DNA of 64,000 nt from an uncultured cyanobacterium (GTDB lineage: Bacteria > Cyanobacteriota > Cyanobacteriia > Cyanobacteriales > Nostocaceae). The stretch covers positions 2,880,001 through 2,944,000 of the forward strand of contig CAVUDP010000002.1 of NCBI GenBank assembly GCA_963740315.1, written 5' to 3'. The notes beneath the pieces were generated by a model, which saw only the letters and a program-made list of their open reading frames with translations, ran no database searches and was not told the origin of the DNA. How positions within the stretch are numbered: position 1 is the first letter of the stretch; the number at the start of each line of letters is the position of its first letter. Shown one piece after another: positions 31,315-40,630 of this stretch. A program made the translations under genes and the position numbers.

Positions 31315-31948
31315 GTAAAAAGCAAGTCCTAGATTGTTTAAAGCCGTACCTTCACCTTGACGGTATTAGATTTCTCTGGCGATCGCTAAAAATTGCTGAT
31401 GATAAATAATTGCTTTGGCGTAGTTTCCTAAATTTCGGTAAGCAATACCAAGATTACCCAAGGCTCTACCCTCAGATGAGCGGTTTTTGGTTTCTCTAGC
31501 AATTGCTAAAACTTGGCTATAATAATCAATTGCTTTTGGATAATTTCCTAAATTTCGGTAAGCAATACCAATATTAACTAATGCAATGCCCTCACTATTG
31601 TGGTTTTTGATTTCTCTGGCGATCGCTACAGTTTGCTCAAAGTAATAAATTGCTTGGTCATAATCTGCAAGATTTAGGTAAACAAAACCGAGATAACCTA
31701 TCGCTACACTCTCGCCATCGCGATCTTTAATTTCTTTTGCAATCGCTAACCCTTGCTCTAAATAATCAATTGCTTTGACGTAGTTTCCCAATCCCGAATA
31801 AGCATTACCAAGATTAATCAGCCCCTTCCACTCAGATGAGCGATCTTTAATTTTCCTGGCGATCGCTAAATGTTGCTCTTGGTAATCAATTGCTTTGCTA
31901 TAGTTTCGCAGATTAAGGTGAGCAAGACTAATATTATTCAGCGCCCAA

Positions 31949-33401
31949 CCGCTCTGTTAAACTTACCCAAAACTACCAATATCTAGACATAGCTGAACAT
32001 AGTTAGTTTTAGAGTTAACTTCCTGTTTCGTCATGGCTTCAATCTGACGATTGAAGGGTTTGTCCACTCCACAAGCAATCCCGGTAGAGCTTACCGTTTG
32101 ATCCGAACGAATCGGAATATAAATTCCTTCAAACCATCGTTCTATATTTTTACTAGCGTTCAAGTCTCTATCTTCGGTATGACCACATTCAGGACACACA
32201 TAAACACGCTCTTTCAATGGCATCTTATGACGATGTTTACTACAATTAGAACATATTTGAGAACTGGGAAACATTCTCTCAACTAATACTAATTGACTGG
32301 AAAATTTCTCAGTTTTATATTCTAATTGACGTTTAAACTCATACATCCCACAGTCAGCAATTGCACCTGCCAATCTATGATTTTTAAGAAATGCCTTAAT
32401 TGATAAATCTTCTATCTTAATAATACTGTGGTTTTTAGCAAGATAAGTAGTTAATTTATGAATAGCATCTTTGCGAATATTGGCTATCCTAGCGTGCAAT
32501 TTCGCAAGTCTAGAAACTGCTTTTTTACGATTATTAGAACCATTATTTTTCTTGCTTAAACGACGTTGTAGGTGTTTTAAACGCTTACTCATACGACGAT
32601 AAGCTTTGGGATTGTTAAAAACTTTACCGTTTGAACAAACAGCTAATTCTTTAATTCCGATATCAACACCAACAGACAGTCTATCTGCTTCAATACTCGG
32701 TTTTTCAACTTCATATTTAATTGCGATAAACCATTTATCAGCAGTGCGAGAAATCACACAATTATGTGTTGCTTTAACTGGTAATGTTTCTGTTAATCTT
32801 ACCCAACTAATTGATGGTAATTTAACACGTTTACCATCAATTTTAATCATTGGTTTAGCCTTAGAACCAGATTCAAGGTAAAAACTATCGTGCTTTCCTT
32901 TTTTCTTGAATCTTGGCTGTTGAGCTAACTTTTTAAAAAATCTATCCCAAGCTGTACGCAAATCTTTTATTGCTTGTTGTGGAACGTTTTTATTAGTTTG
33001 ATAGTACCAAGGATTGACCGTCTTTACTTCGGCTACTAACTTTTTATGTAAGTCGATAGAACTTGGTAATTTGAGCGACTTATCAGTTTTGCTCGGGCGT
33101 AATATATCTTTAAAGATGGCATTTGCCCAGTTATAAGCTTTCAGGTGCTACACCAGATGCTTTTTTGAAAGCTGTAATCTGCTTGTTGTTTGGAATTAAC
33201 TCAACTTTGATACTTAAAAGCATTTAACGCCGCATCAAGTGTCATAACGTCATATATCGATTAGTTTACTGATAAAAACGTACTCTTACAATCCTATGTA
33301 AACAAAAATTTACCGTAACTATCGCGCCAGTTAAATTATATTTCTGGACAATATGACTACATATGTCCACTTATGGGTATAAATTAGATAACAGTTACTA
33401 G
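31949..33401 (-). mobile_element. IS607-family element lacking tnpA
   Basis: GG dinucleotide at both junctions (GAG GG|CTAGTAAC ... AACAGAGCGG|T TGG); no terminal inverted repeats; IS607-type TnpB. Confidence 0.8.
31963..33223 (-). pseudogene. tnpB: IS607-type TnpB with +1 frameshift near codon 27
   Basis: MLLSIKVELIPNNKQITAFKKASGVA, frame change, AYNWANA...SIDLHKKLVAEVK...WYY; RuvC GVDIGIK, IEDL, DRDLNASKNI. Confidence 0.85.
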
Positions 33402-34001
33402 CCCTCACGTTGTCGGGCTTTAATTTCTCGGTAAATAACTAGCGCTCGTTGAGAAGATTGTATTGCAGCCTCATATTCACCAGTGTTAAGTTGCTTAAGC
33501 CCTTGTTGCAATAGCCTATCCGCTTGGACTTCTCGCTCATCAACCGTTTGCGCTAATACCCGTGATGCTGTAAATGCTACTGGTAAGTTAGGAACCGCAG
33601 AGCCGGAAAGGCTAACCACAAGGGTAAATAAAGCAATTAAGCGAAGTTTTTGTAAATACATAGCAGTTAATCATACATAGTTGCTTTCACGCTCATATAT
33701 ATCTCTCAGTTTCTGGCAGTTATGCAAGTTAACGATTAGCGATTATGTCACTTCAATCCGGAATTGGTGCGTTACGGCAAATTCACACTTACTCGAACTA
33801 TCAAATCTTTCGGTAGCCGTAACACACCCTACAAAATATTTATTTTATAGACTAATTAAACCCACGGAGGTGCGTTTTGCCTGTGTAGACGCGGTTTCAA
33901 CCGCCGGAGAAAACGATTAAACGCAATTTTTTTTTGCCACACTCAATACATTTATCCACTAACATGAAGAAATATAAAGCACATTATCCTCAAAACAACC
34001 A

Positions 34002-34271
34002 ATGCTAATTGTAGGATTGCTCGCTGCGACTTTAACCACCACTGCTTTTTTACCGCAAATGATAAAAGTATGGCAAACAAAGTCAGCTAATGATGTTTCT
34101 TACGCCATGTTAATTACATTTATCGTTGGTGTTTTTTTATGGTTGATATACGGAATTCTACGTCAGGATATCGCCGTTATTTTGGCTAATGCCTTAACTT
34201 TAATTTTTAACCTGACAATTCTATGGCTTAAAATTAAATATGAAAAAACACCTGTTAATAAACGCCTGTGA
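34002..34271 (+). CDS. SemiSWEET / PQ-loop transporter
   Basis: TTTAFLPQ, TKSANDVS, WLIYG, three TM helices. Confidence 0.9.
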   Translation: MLIVGLLAATLTTTAFLPQMIKVWQTKSANDVSYAMLITFIVGVFLWLIYGILRQDIAVILANALTLIFNLTILWLKIKYEKTPVNKRL

Positions 34272-35896
34272 CATCCGATTTATTTGCTAAAGAACGCCTT
34301 TTATTTACTCCCGCTACTCCTAACACCGACGCTATTCCGACTATCTTTGCTTTTCCCAACGAATATACCGTAGGAATTACTAGCTTGGGTTATCAGGTAG
34401 TATGGGCTACTTTGGCTACACGTGCGGATTTACAGGTGAGTCGCTTGTTTACCGATATCAGCGAAATTCTTCCCCGAAACCCGGAAATTTTGGGTTTTTC
34501 CATGTCGTGGGAGTTAGATTATGTCAATATTATGAATTTGTTGGAATCTTTGGATATTCCGATTAACTCAGGCGATCGCCAAGATAATCATCCCATAGTT
34601 TTTGGTGGTGGTCCGGTTTTAACGGCGAATCCGGAACCCTATGCTGATTTTTTCGATGTGGTTTTGTTGGGAGATGGCGAAAATCTGTTAAATGATTTTA
34701 TTAATGCTTACAAAGAAGTTAGAAATGCAGATAGAGAAACCATATTAAAAGCGCTGGCACGAGTACCGGGAATTTACGTTCCTAGTTTGTATGAAGTTGA
34801 ATATTTGAGTTTAGATGGTGCGATAAAATCCATCAAACCAATTTCGTCGGATATTCCCGCTGAAGTACACAAGCAAACTTATCGCGAAAACACTTTATCT
34901 GCATCAACGGTAGTAACTGAAAAAGCAGCTTGGGAAAATATTTTTATGGTGGAGGTGGTGAGAAGCTGTCCGGAAATGTGCCGTTTTTGTTTGGCAAGCT
35001 ATCTTACTTTACCTTTTAGAACTGCCAGTTTAAATGATTCGTTAATTCCCGCGATCGAAAGAGGTTTACAAGTTACCAATCGTTTGGGATTGTTAGGTGC
35101 TTCGGTAACTCAGCATCCCGAATTCGAGACTTTATTAGAATATATAAACCAGCCAAAATACGAAGATGTACGTTTAAGTATCGCTTCGGTAAGAACCAAT
35201 ACGGTAACGGAAGAATTAGCCAGAACTTTGGCTCAAAGAGGAACCAAATCCTTGACAATTGCCGTGGAAAGTGGTTCGGAAAAAGTTAGAAAAATTATTA
35301 ATAAAAAGCTCGAACAGGAAGATATAATCAAAGCCGCAGAAAATGCCAAAAAAGGCGGATTGAAAGGTTTAAAACTTTATGGAATGGTAGGAATTCCGGG
35401 AGAAACCGCAGAGGATTTAGATGCAACTGTAACGATGATGCAGAATGTTAAAAAAGCCGCTCCAGGATTGCGTTTAACGTTAGGATGCAGTACTTTTGTA
35501 CCTAAAGCCCATACACCTTTTCAATGGTTTGGAGTGAATAAAGAAGCAGAAAAAAGATTGAAATTATTGCAGAAAAAGTTAAAGCCGCAAGGAATAGATT
35601 TTCGTCCGGAAAGCTACAATTGGTCGATAATTCAAACACTGCTATCGAGGGGAGATAGAAGATTATCTCGACTTTTGCAACTTACGCGCAACTTTGGCGA
35701 TTCTTTAGGTAGTTACAAACGTGCTTTCAAAGAATTAAAAGGGCAAATTCCCCCGTTAGACTTTTACGTTTACCAAAACTGGTCAACCGAGCAAATATTA
35801 CCTTGGAATCACTTGCAAGGGCCGCTTCCACAGTCTACACTGCAAAAGCATCTGAATGAAGCAGTCAACAGTTATCAGTTACCAGTTACCAGTTAA
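34268..35896 (+). CDS. Radical SAM protein (YgiQ/B12-binding-domain type)
   Basis: AFPNEYTVGITSLG, GGGPVLTANPEP, RSCPEMCRFC CxxxCxxC, FVPKAHTPFQW; overlaps the SemiSWEET stop (GTGA). Confidence 0.9.
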   Translation: MTSDLFAKERLLFTPATPNTDAIPTIFAFPNEYTVGITSLGYQVVWATLATRADLQVSRLFTDISEILPRNPEILGFSMSWELDYVNIMNLLESLDIPINSGDRQDNHPIVFGGGPVLTANPEPYADFFDVVLLGDGENLLNDFINAYKEVRNADRETILKALARVPGIYVPSLYEVEYLSLDGAIKSIKPISSDIPAEVHKQTYRENTLSASTVVTEKAAWENIFMVEVVRSCPEMCRFCLASYLTLPFRTASLNDSLIPAIERGLQVTNRLGLLGASVTQHPEFETLLEYINQPKYEDVRLSIASVRTNTVTEELARTLAQRGTKSLTIAVESGSEKVRKIINKKLEQEDIIKAAENAKKGGLKGLKLYGMVGIPGETAEDLDATVTMMQNVKKAAPGLRLTLGCSTFVPKAHTPFQWFGVNKEAEKRLKLLQKKLKPQGIDFRPESYNWSIIQTLLSRGDRRLSRLLQLTRNFGDSLGSYKRAFKELKGQIPPLDFYVYQNWSTEQILPWNHLQGPLPQSTLQKHLNEAVNSYQLPVTS

Positions 35897-35974
35897 AGCA
35901 TTTTAATGTAGTGCGAGCATCTTGCTCGCTAGAAGACGCAAGCAAGATGTATATTCAAAATCTCAAGTTTAACA

Positions 35975-36163
35975 ATGCAAAATACTGCCCAATATTATTG
36001 CGCTTCTTGTGGTGAACCAAATTTAACTTTTATTGATATCAGTCAAGGTTTTCAACAATCTTATGTAGAAGACTGTCAAGTATGCTGTCGTCCTAACATT
36101 TTATATATCCGAATTGATGAAGAAACGCTCGATATCGAAATTGATACAGATTATGACGAATAA
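35975..36163 (+). CDS. CPXCG-type cysteine-rich small protein
   Basis: CASCGE...YVEDCQVCCRP. Confidence 0.85.
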   Translation: MQNTAQYYCASCGEPNLTFIDISQGFQQSYVEDCQVCCRPNILYIRIDEETLDIEIDTDYDE

Positions 36164-36186
36164 ATAAGCGATCGCACAATAATGCA

Positions 36187-36750
36187 ATGGTACGTACAGA
36201 ATCCAAAACTTTAACTTTAGAAGAGTTTCTGGCATTACCAGAAATGAAGCCTGCAAGCGAATACATTGATGGGCAAATTATACAAAAACCTATGCCACAA
36301 GGTAAACACAGTAAATTACAGGGTGAATTGGTAACTACTGTTAATTCCATAACTAAACCAAAACGAGTTGCATTAGCTTTTCCCGAATTAAGATGCACTT
36401 TTGGCGATCGCTCGATTATACCTGATGTCGCAGTTTTTACTTGGCAACGCATACCTTTAGATGAAAATGGCGATATTGCTAATGTATTTCAAGCTCCTCC
36501 CGATTGGACTATTGAAATTCTTTCTCCGGATCAAAGCCAAACCAAAGTAACTGGAAATATTTTACACTGCCTAAAACATGGAACTAAATTGGGTTGGTTA
36601 ATCGATCCTGACGAACGTTCTATATTAGTATTTCCACCAGGGCAGCAACCTGAACTATTACAGGAAATGAATGATATATTACCCGTTCCCGATTTTATAA
36701 GATTACGGTTAACGGTTGGCGATATTTTTAACTGGTTGAGACTTAGTTAA
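36187..36750 (+). CDS. Uma2-family PD-(D/E)xK endonuclease-like protein
   Basis: SEYIDG...HSKLQ, IPDVAV, PDWTIEILSP, WLIDP. Confidence 0.92.
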   Translation: MVRTESKTLTLEEFLALPEMKPASEYIDGQIIQKPMPQGKHSKLQGELVTTVNSITKPKRVALAFPELRCTFGDRSIIPDVAVFTWQRIPLDENGDIANVFQAPPDWTIEILSPDQSQTKVTGNILHCLKHGTKLGWLIDPDERSILVFPPGQQPELLQEMNDILPVPDFIRLRLTVGDIFNWLRLS

Positions 36751-37217
36751 ACCATTCATCGATCAAAAAAATACTATAGCAATACTCCACAAATTTTTGT
36801 TGAGGTAGCCTGCGCTTGCCCTTAAAACACGAGAATGTTTTCTGTTGGCTATTAAAAATTCCCTTTGACAACGAAGAATTTAATAAATCAAACCGGATTT
36901 CTATAAAATTACTAAGTATATAAATTATATTCCTAGTCCATTTTAATAAAATGGCACTTAGAGTAATTGTAGTCCTAGTAAATCAGAATTAAGTCAAAAC
37001 ATCTGTATTTTAACTGTACTATCTTCTATCACAATAATTATATTAAACTTATTCTTTCAGTAAAGAAAATATGAAAAAACGTGCAAGATAGTTGTATTAA
37101 ATTATTTCGCATACGATAATACTTATAGTTTTTCATCAGCAATAACACCGAATCAAGCCAAACGCAACGATGTTATGGCGAAGATTTTATTGCTTAATTT
37201 TTTATTATGAATTAAAT

Positions 37218-37964
37218 ATGATTTTTTTTAAAAGTGAATTAGCTCACCGAAAAGCTTTGCAATTAGCTGTGGTGGGTAGCATTTTGTTGTTTAATATCAA
37301 ATCATCAGTAGCTAATAAACCAGTAGATAAAAAAACTGATACCGAGCGATCGAGTCAAACGTCTATTCAGCTTGCTCAAAATAAGGTTTGTCCCGCAGCA
37401 AACTTATTACCTGTACGTTCATTTAATACAGCAAAATATTACGTTTATATTTGTAGGGGAGATAATAAAAATACTTTAGGATATTACGTCCGTATTCCGA
37501 AAAATTTAGATAGTAAAATAACAGTACCGATCGCCAAAAAAGCTAGCGAAACTTATATTGCTATTAATGGTGAAGTCGCGTACATAATAACCCCATATGA
37601 AATGGTCATAACTAAACGCGGTCGAATTATTTTGGGAGAAAGAGTGATAACTGCCGTAAAAGCAAATGGTCAATCTATAGCAAAAGGTTGTCCTGAAGGA
37701 AACAATACTTTTGCTCAAGCAGAAACCAAAAGCTTTTTTATTTATATCTGTGGTAGCGAGAATCCCAGTAGTTATGTAAGTGTTACCAGAAAAAGTAATA
37801 TAGTAATTAATCTTCCACTACAAAAATGGAATCAAAACAGCTTAAAAGCTAATCGATACGTAGCCAAAAACGGTAGTATCAGTTTTGTTCTTACTGACAA
37901 AGTATTAAGAGTTTCTCGCGATGGTAAAAATATAGTTAAAGAAAAAGTGCTGCAATGGGAGTGA
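37218..37964 (+). CDS. Secreted hypothetical protein with a duplicated Cys-containing domain
   Basis: Hydrophobic N-terminus; CP...FNTAKYYVYICRG repeated as CP...AETKSFFIYICGS. Confidence 0.75.
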   Translation: MIFFKSELAHRKALQLAVVGSILLFNIKSSVANKPVDKKTDTERSSQTSIQLAQNKVCPAANLLPVRSFNTAKYYVYICRGDNKNTLGYYVRIPKNLDSKITVPIAKKASETYIAINGEVAYIITPYEMVITKRGRIILGERVITAVKANGQSIAKGCPEGNNTFAQAETKSFFIYICGSENPSSYVSVTRKSNIVINLPLQKWNQNSLKANRYVAKNGSISFVLTDKVLRVSRDGKNIVKEKVLQWE

Positions 37965-38008
37965 GGAGGAGATGGGGAGAGGGGAAGAGGGGGAGATGGG
38001 GGAGATGG

Positions 38009-38110
38009 TAAGCCCAAAACGTGCGGAGGAACACGACCGTTGAGAGAAGTGGCGAACCCGTTACTCTAACGAGTCGTGCCGCGCTGAACACGCGGAGCGT
38101 GCGGCGAGCG
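38009..38110 (+). repeat. ~100-bp GC-rich dispersed repeat, copy 1, inside a GGGGAGAT array
   Basis: Matches 62205-62303 apart from a 4-nt and a 1-nt indel. Confidence 0.9.
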
Positions 38111-38264
38111 GGGGAGATGGGGGAGATGGGGAGACAAGGGGAAAAGGAGACAAAGAGAAATTTAAGCTCCAAACTCCTGACTCCTCCCTACTCCCTACTC
38201 CCTACTCCCCACTCCCTACTCCCCACTCTTCACTGCTCACTGCTCACTGTTCACTGCTCACTGA

Positions 38265-39194
38265 TTACTGCTCACTGCTCACTGATTTAATCCAATCTAA
38301 AATCGCTTGGTTTACTCGTTCTGGACATTCGTCATGGGGGCAATGTCCGATGTTTTCTAAGGCAAGTAATTGTAAGTTTTCGTTATGGCGAGTAAATTCA
38401 GAAGCAAGCTTGAAGGGAATAATTTTATCTTTCTCTCCCCAAATCAAAAGCACGGGTATTTTTAAGTTTGATAATAATTCTTTGACATTTGGACTGTAAT
38501 CTGGATTGTTTTGGGCTTTGACAAGAGCAGTTAAGGCACGAGCCGAACCTCTGTCTTGGGTTGGTGTTGCTAGTATTTCTATCAGTTCGTCGGTAACGGT
38601 TTCGGGATTTGCATAAGCGAAGGTTGCGCCGCGACGCAGTATATTAGGTCGGCGTATCAAGTAAAAAACTGGTTTGATTAATAAGGGATTTGCAACAAAA
38701 TTTTTGATTGTTGCGACTAAAGGATATAAAAATGCCGGAATAGCCTCTTTTTCTATATTTGGGTCTGGTAAACTCATCATTACCAAACCTTTGACCATTT
38801 CAGGATATTTTGCAGCTGCGGCTAAGGAAATCAACGAACCGATGGAATTACCTATTAATATTACTGGTTTACGAATAAAAGCTTTCCAAAAGTCGTACAT
38901 TTGCTCTACCCATAAATCCACGCTGTAATTAGCTGCTGCTTTCTCTGAAGCACCGAAACCCAACATATCTAGAGCATAAACCGTATGGCGATCGCCTAAT
39001 ATTTCCAAATTATGTCGCCAATGTCCGATGCTTGCACCAAACCCGTGGAGCAACATTAAAGGAAAAGATTTTACAGAATTATTTTCGTTTTGATTTTTGG
39101 GTCGAATATATGTATACCGAGTTTGCCAACCGCGCCAAACCCAATCGCGTTGATTTCCGACTTTTTGCTGCCAATGTGCGCTGCTAGTCATCAA
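38265..39194 (-). CDS. Alpha/beta-fold hydrolase
   Basis: LLHGFGASIGHWR, DMLGFGAS, GNSIG nucleophile elbow, WGEKD, GHCPHDE. Confidence 0.93.
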   Translation of the reverse strand: MMTSSAHWQQKVGNQRDWVWRGWQTRYTYIRPKNQNENNSVKSFPLMLLHGFGASIGHWRHNLEILGDRHTVYALDMLGFGASEKAAANYSVDLWVEQMYDFWKAFIRKPVILIGNSIGSLISLAAAAKYPEMVKGLVMMSLPDPNIEKEAIPAFLYPLVATIKNFVANPLLIKPVFYLIRRPNILRRGATFAYANPETVTDELIEILATPTQDRGSARALTALVKAQNNPDYSPNVKELLSNLKIPVLLIWGEKDKIIPFKLASEFTRHNENLQLLALENIGHCPHDECPERVNQAILDWIKSVSSEQ

Positions 39195-39718
39195 TAATTC
39201 TCTACAACAGCAATAAAATTTATTATAGAAGTTTTCAATTCGATCGTGTTCTACTAGTTTTTCTATTTATCGGAATCGATCGCCTGTTTCCCCAGTAAAA
39301 CGTCCTATATATTTTAAATTTTACAGAAATTATGTCTCCCTATACCGAAGAATCAGTAATTCAGACTTTTTTATATTTAGATAGTTAATTAAACTATGCT
39401 TTAAGATATATGTATTTTAAATTTCATGGTGTTATCATGTAAATATACGTAATGCATATAGCGTTAATGTTTTGACACAGAAAAACTAAAATAATTAATG
39501 TTTGTTGCGATTGTGTAACTAACGTTGACCGATCGAGTCTAAACCCCCTCTAAAGTGAGTAGAATAACAGTAGGTACCAACATTTTTATTTTCATGGATT
39601 AGCTATCCTAGAAATAGACGTATTGTTCGTTCAAAGTCCTACTCGTTTTCTGAGTCTGAGATATCTCATTCCATACCCAAAACCAAATTCTTAACAATAA
39701 CTTCCCCAAAAATCATAT

Positions 39719-40252
39719 ATGCCTGTGATAGAGAAAAGAAGAAGTCGCGACCTGCCTCAAATCAACGAAAGAATTCGCTTCCCGAAAATTCGGGTAATTG
39801 ATACTGATGGTGCCCAATTGGGAATCATGACTCCCCAAGATGCACTCACTAGAGCGGATGAGAAAGATTTAGATTTAGTGCTGGTTAGCGATAAAGCCGA
39901 TCCGCCGGTTTGTCGGATTATGGATTATGGGAAATTCAAGTTTGAACAAGAGAAGAAAGCCCGAGAAGCTCGTAAAAAGCAGCACACGGCTGATGTCAAA
40001 GAAGTCAAGATGCGCTACAAGATAGAAGAACATGATTACAACGTGCGCGTCAACCAAGCTAAGCGCTTTCTCAAAGATGGTGATAAAGTGAAAGCCACGG
40101 TTATGTTCCGGGGTAGAGAAATTCAACACACCGATCTAGCAGAAATTTTGCTGAAGCGGATGGCGACAGATTTAGAAGCTGAAGCCGAGGTGCAGCAATA
40201 TCCGAAGAAGGAAGGAAGAAACATGATGATGCTGCTTTCTCCTAAGAAATAA
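39719..40252 (+). CDS. infC: Translation initiation factor IF-3
   Basis: [32 protein letters not shown]. Confidence 0.98.
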   Translation: MPVIEKRRSRDLPQINERIRFPKIRVIDTDGAQLGIMTPQDALTRADEKDLDLVLVSDKADPPVCRIMDYGKFKFEQEKKAREARKKQHTADVKEVKMRYKIEEHDYNVRVNQAKRFLKDGDKVKATVMFRGREIQHTDLAEILLKRMATDLEAEAEVQQYPKKEGRNMMMLLSPKK

Positions 40253-40275
40253 TTGTAATAATAGTTTAAATCGTC

Positions 40276-40321
40276 AAGAAGCAATACCAATGGTTATTAT
40301 CTACTGGTATTGCTTCTTTTT
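40276..40321 (+). terminator. Intrinsic terminator of infC
   Basis: AAGAAGCAATACCA...TGGTATTGCTTCTTTTT. Confidence 0.8.
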
Positions 40322-40630
40322 GGCGTTCTATATCACGGTGTCTTGCCGGGGCAGTGAATAATCGCGTCTATTTCAAAATTTTTGTCAGTCAACTAGATTC
40401 TTAAAGCAGAAGTAATTTTAAATTAATCGAAAAAAAGCGATAGTCTTGGGTGCTGAGTGGGAAAACTAATACTCAGTTGCTCGGGACTTTCTTTATTTAA
40501 GCAGAATTAGTTTTTTAGTCGCCAGTGATTTATAAAATTTGTAGAAGCCCGATGGAGCAACTGAAAATTGAAAGTTCATGTTTAGTAGGGGTAATTACAC
40601 CAGATTAAACGGCATGGAATTAAAGAATCA

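Larger units (their letters stand above)
28624..33661 (-). pseudogene. Signal-peptide TPR-CHAT (caspase-like protease) gene split by two IS elements and a nonsense codon; pieces 33661-33402, 31948-31315, 30021-28624
   Basis: Joined pieces give one 2292-nt frame (REG|WALNN and LAFY|KSGK junctions) with one TAA at 31366-31368; CHAT motifs IIHLATHG, LSACDTG, SLWSVPD, WAAFTLIG. Confidence 0.9.

Noticed and set aside
31949..33401. IStron (group I intron-IS607 chimera)
   Set aside because: Only ~180 nt precede tnpB and I could not find P3/P7 core pairings
37832..38290. Short ORFs across STRR and dispersed-repeat DNA (also 50356-50598, 62105-62323)
   Set aside because: Low-complexity translations of repeats
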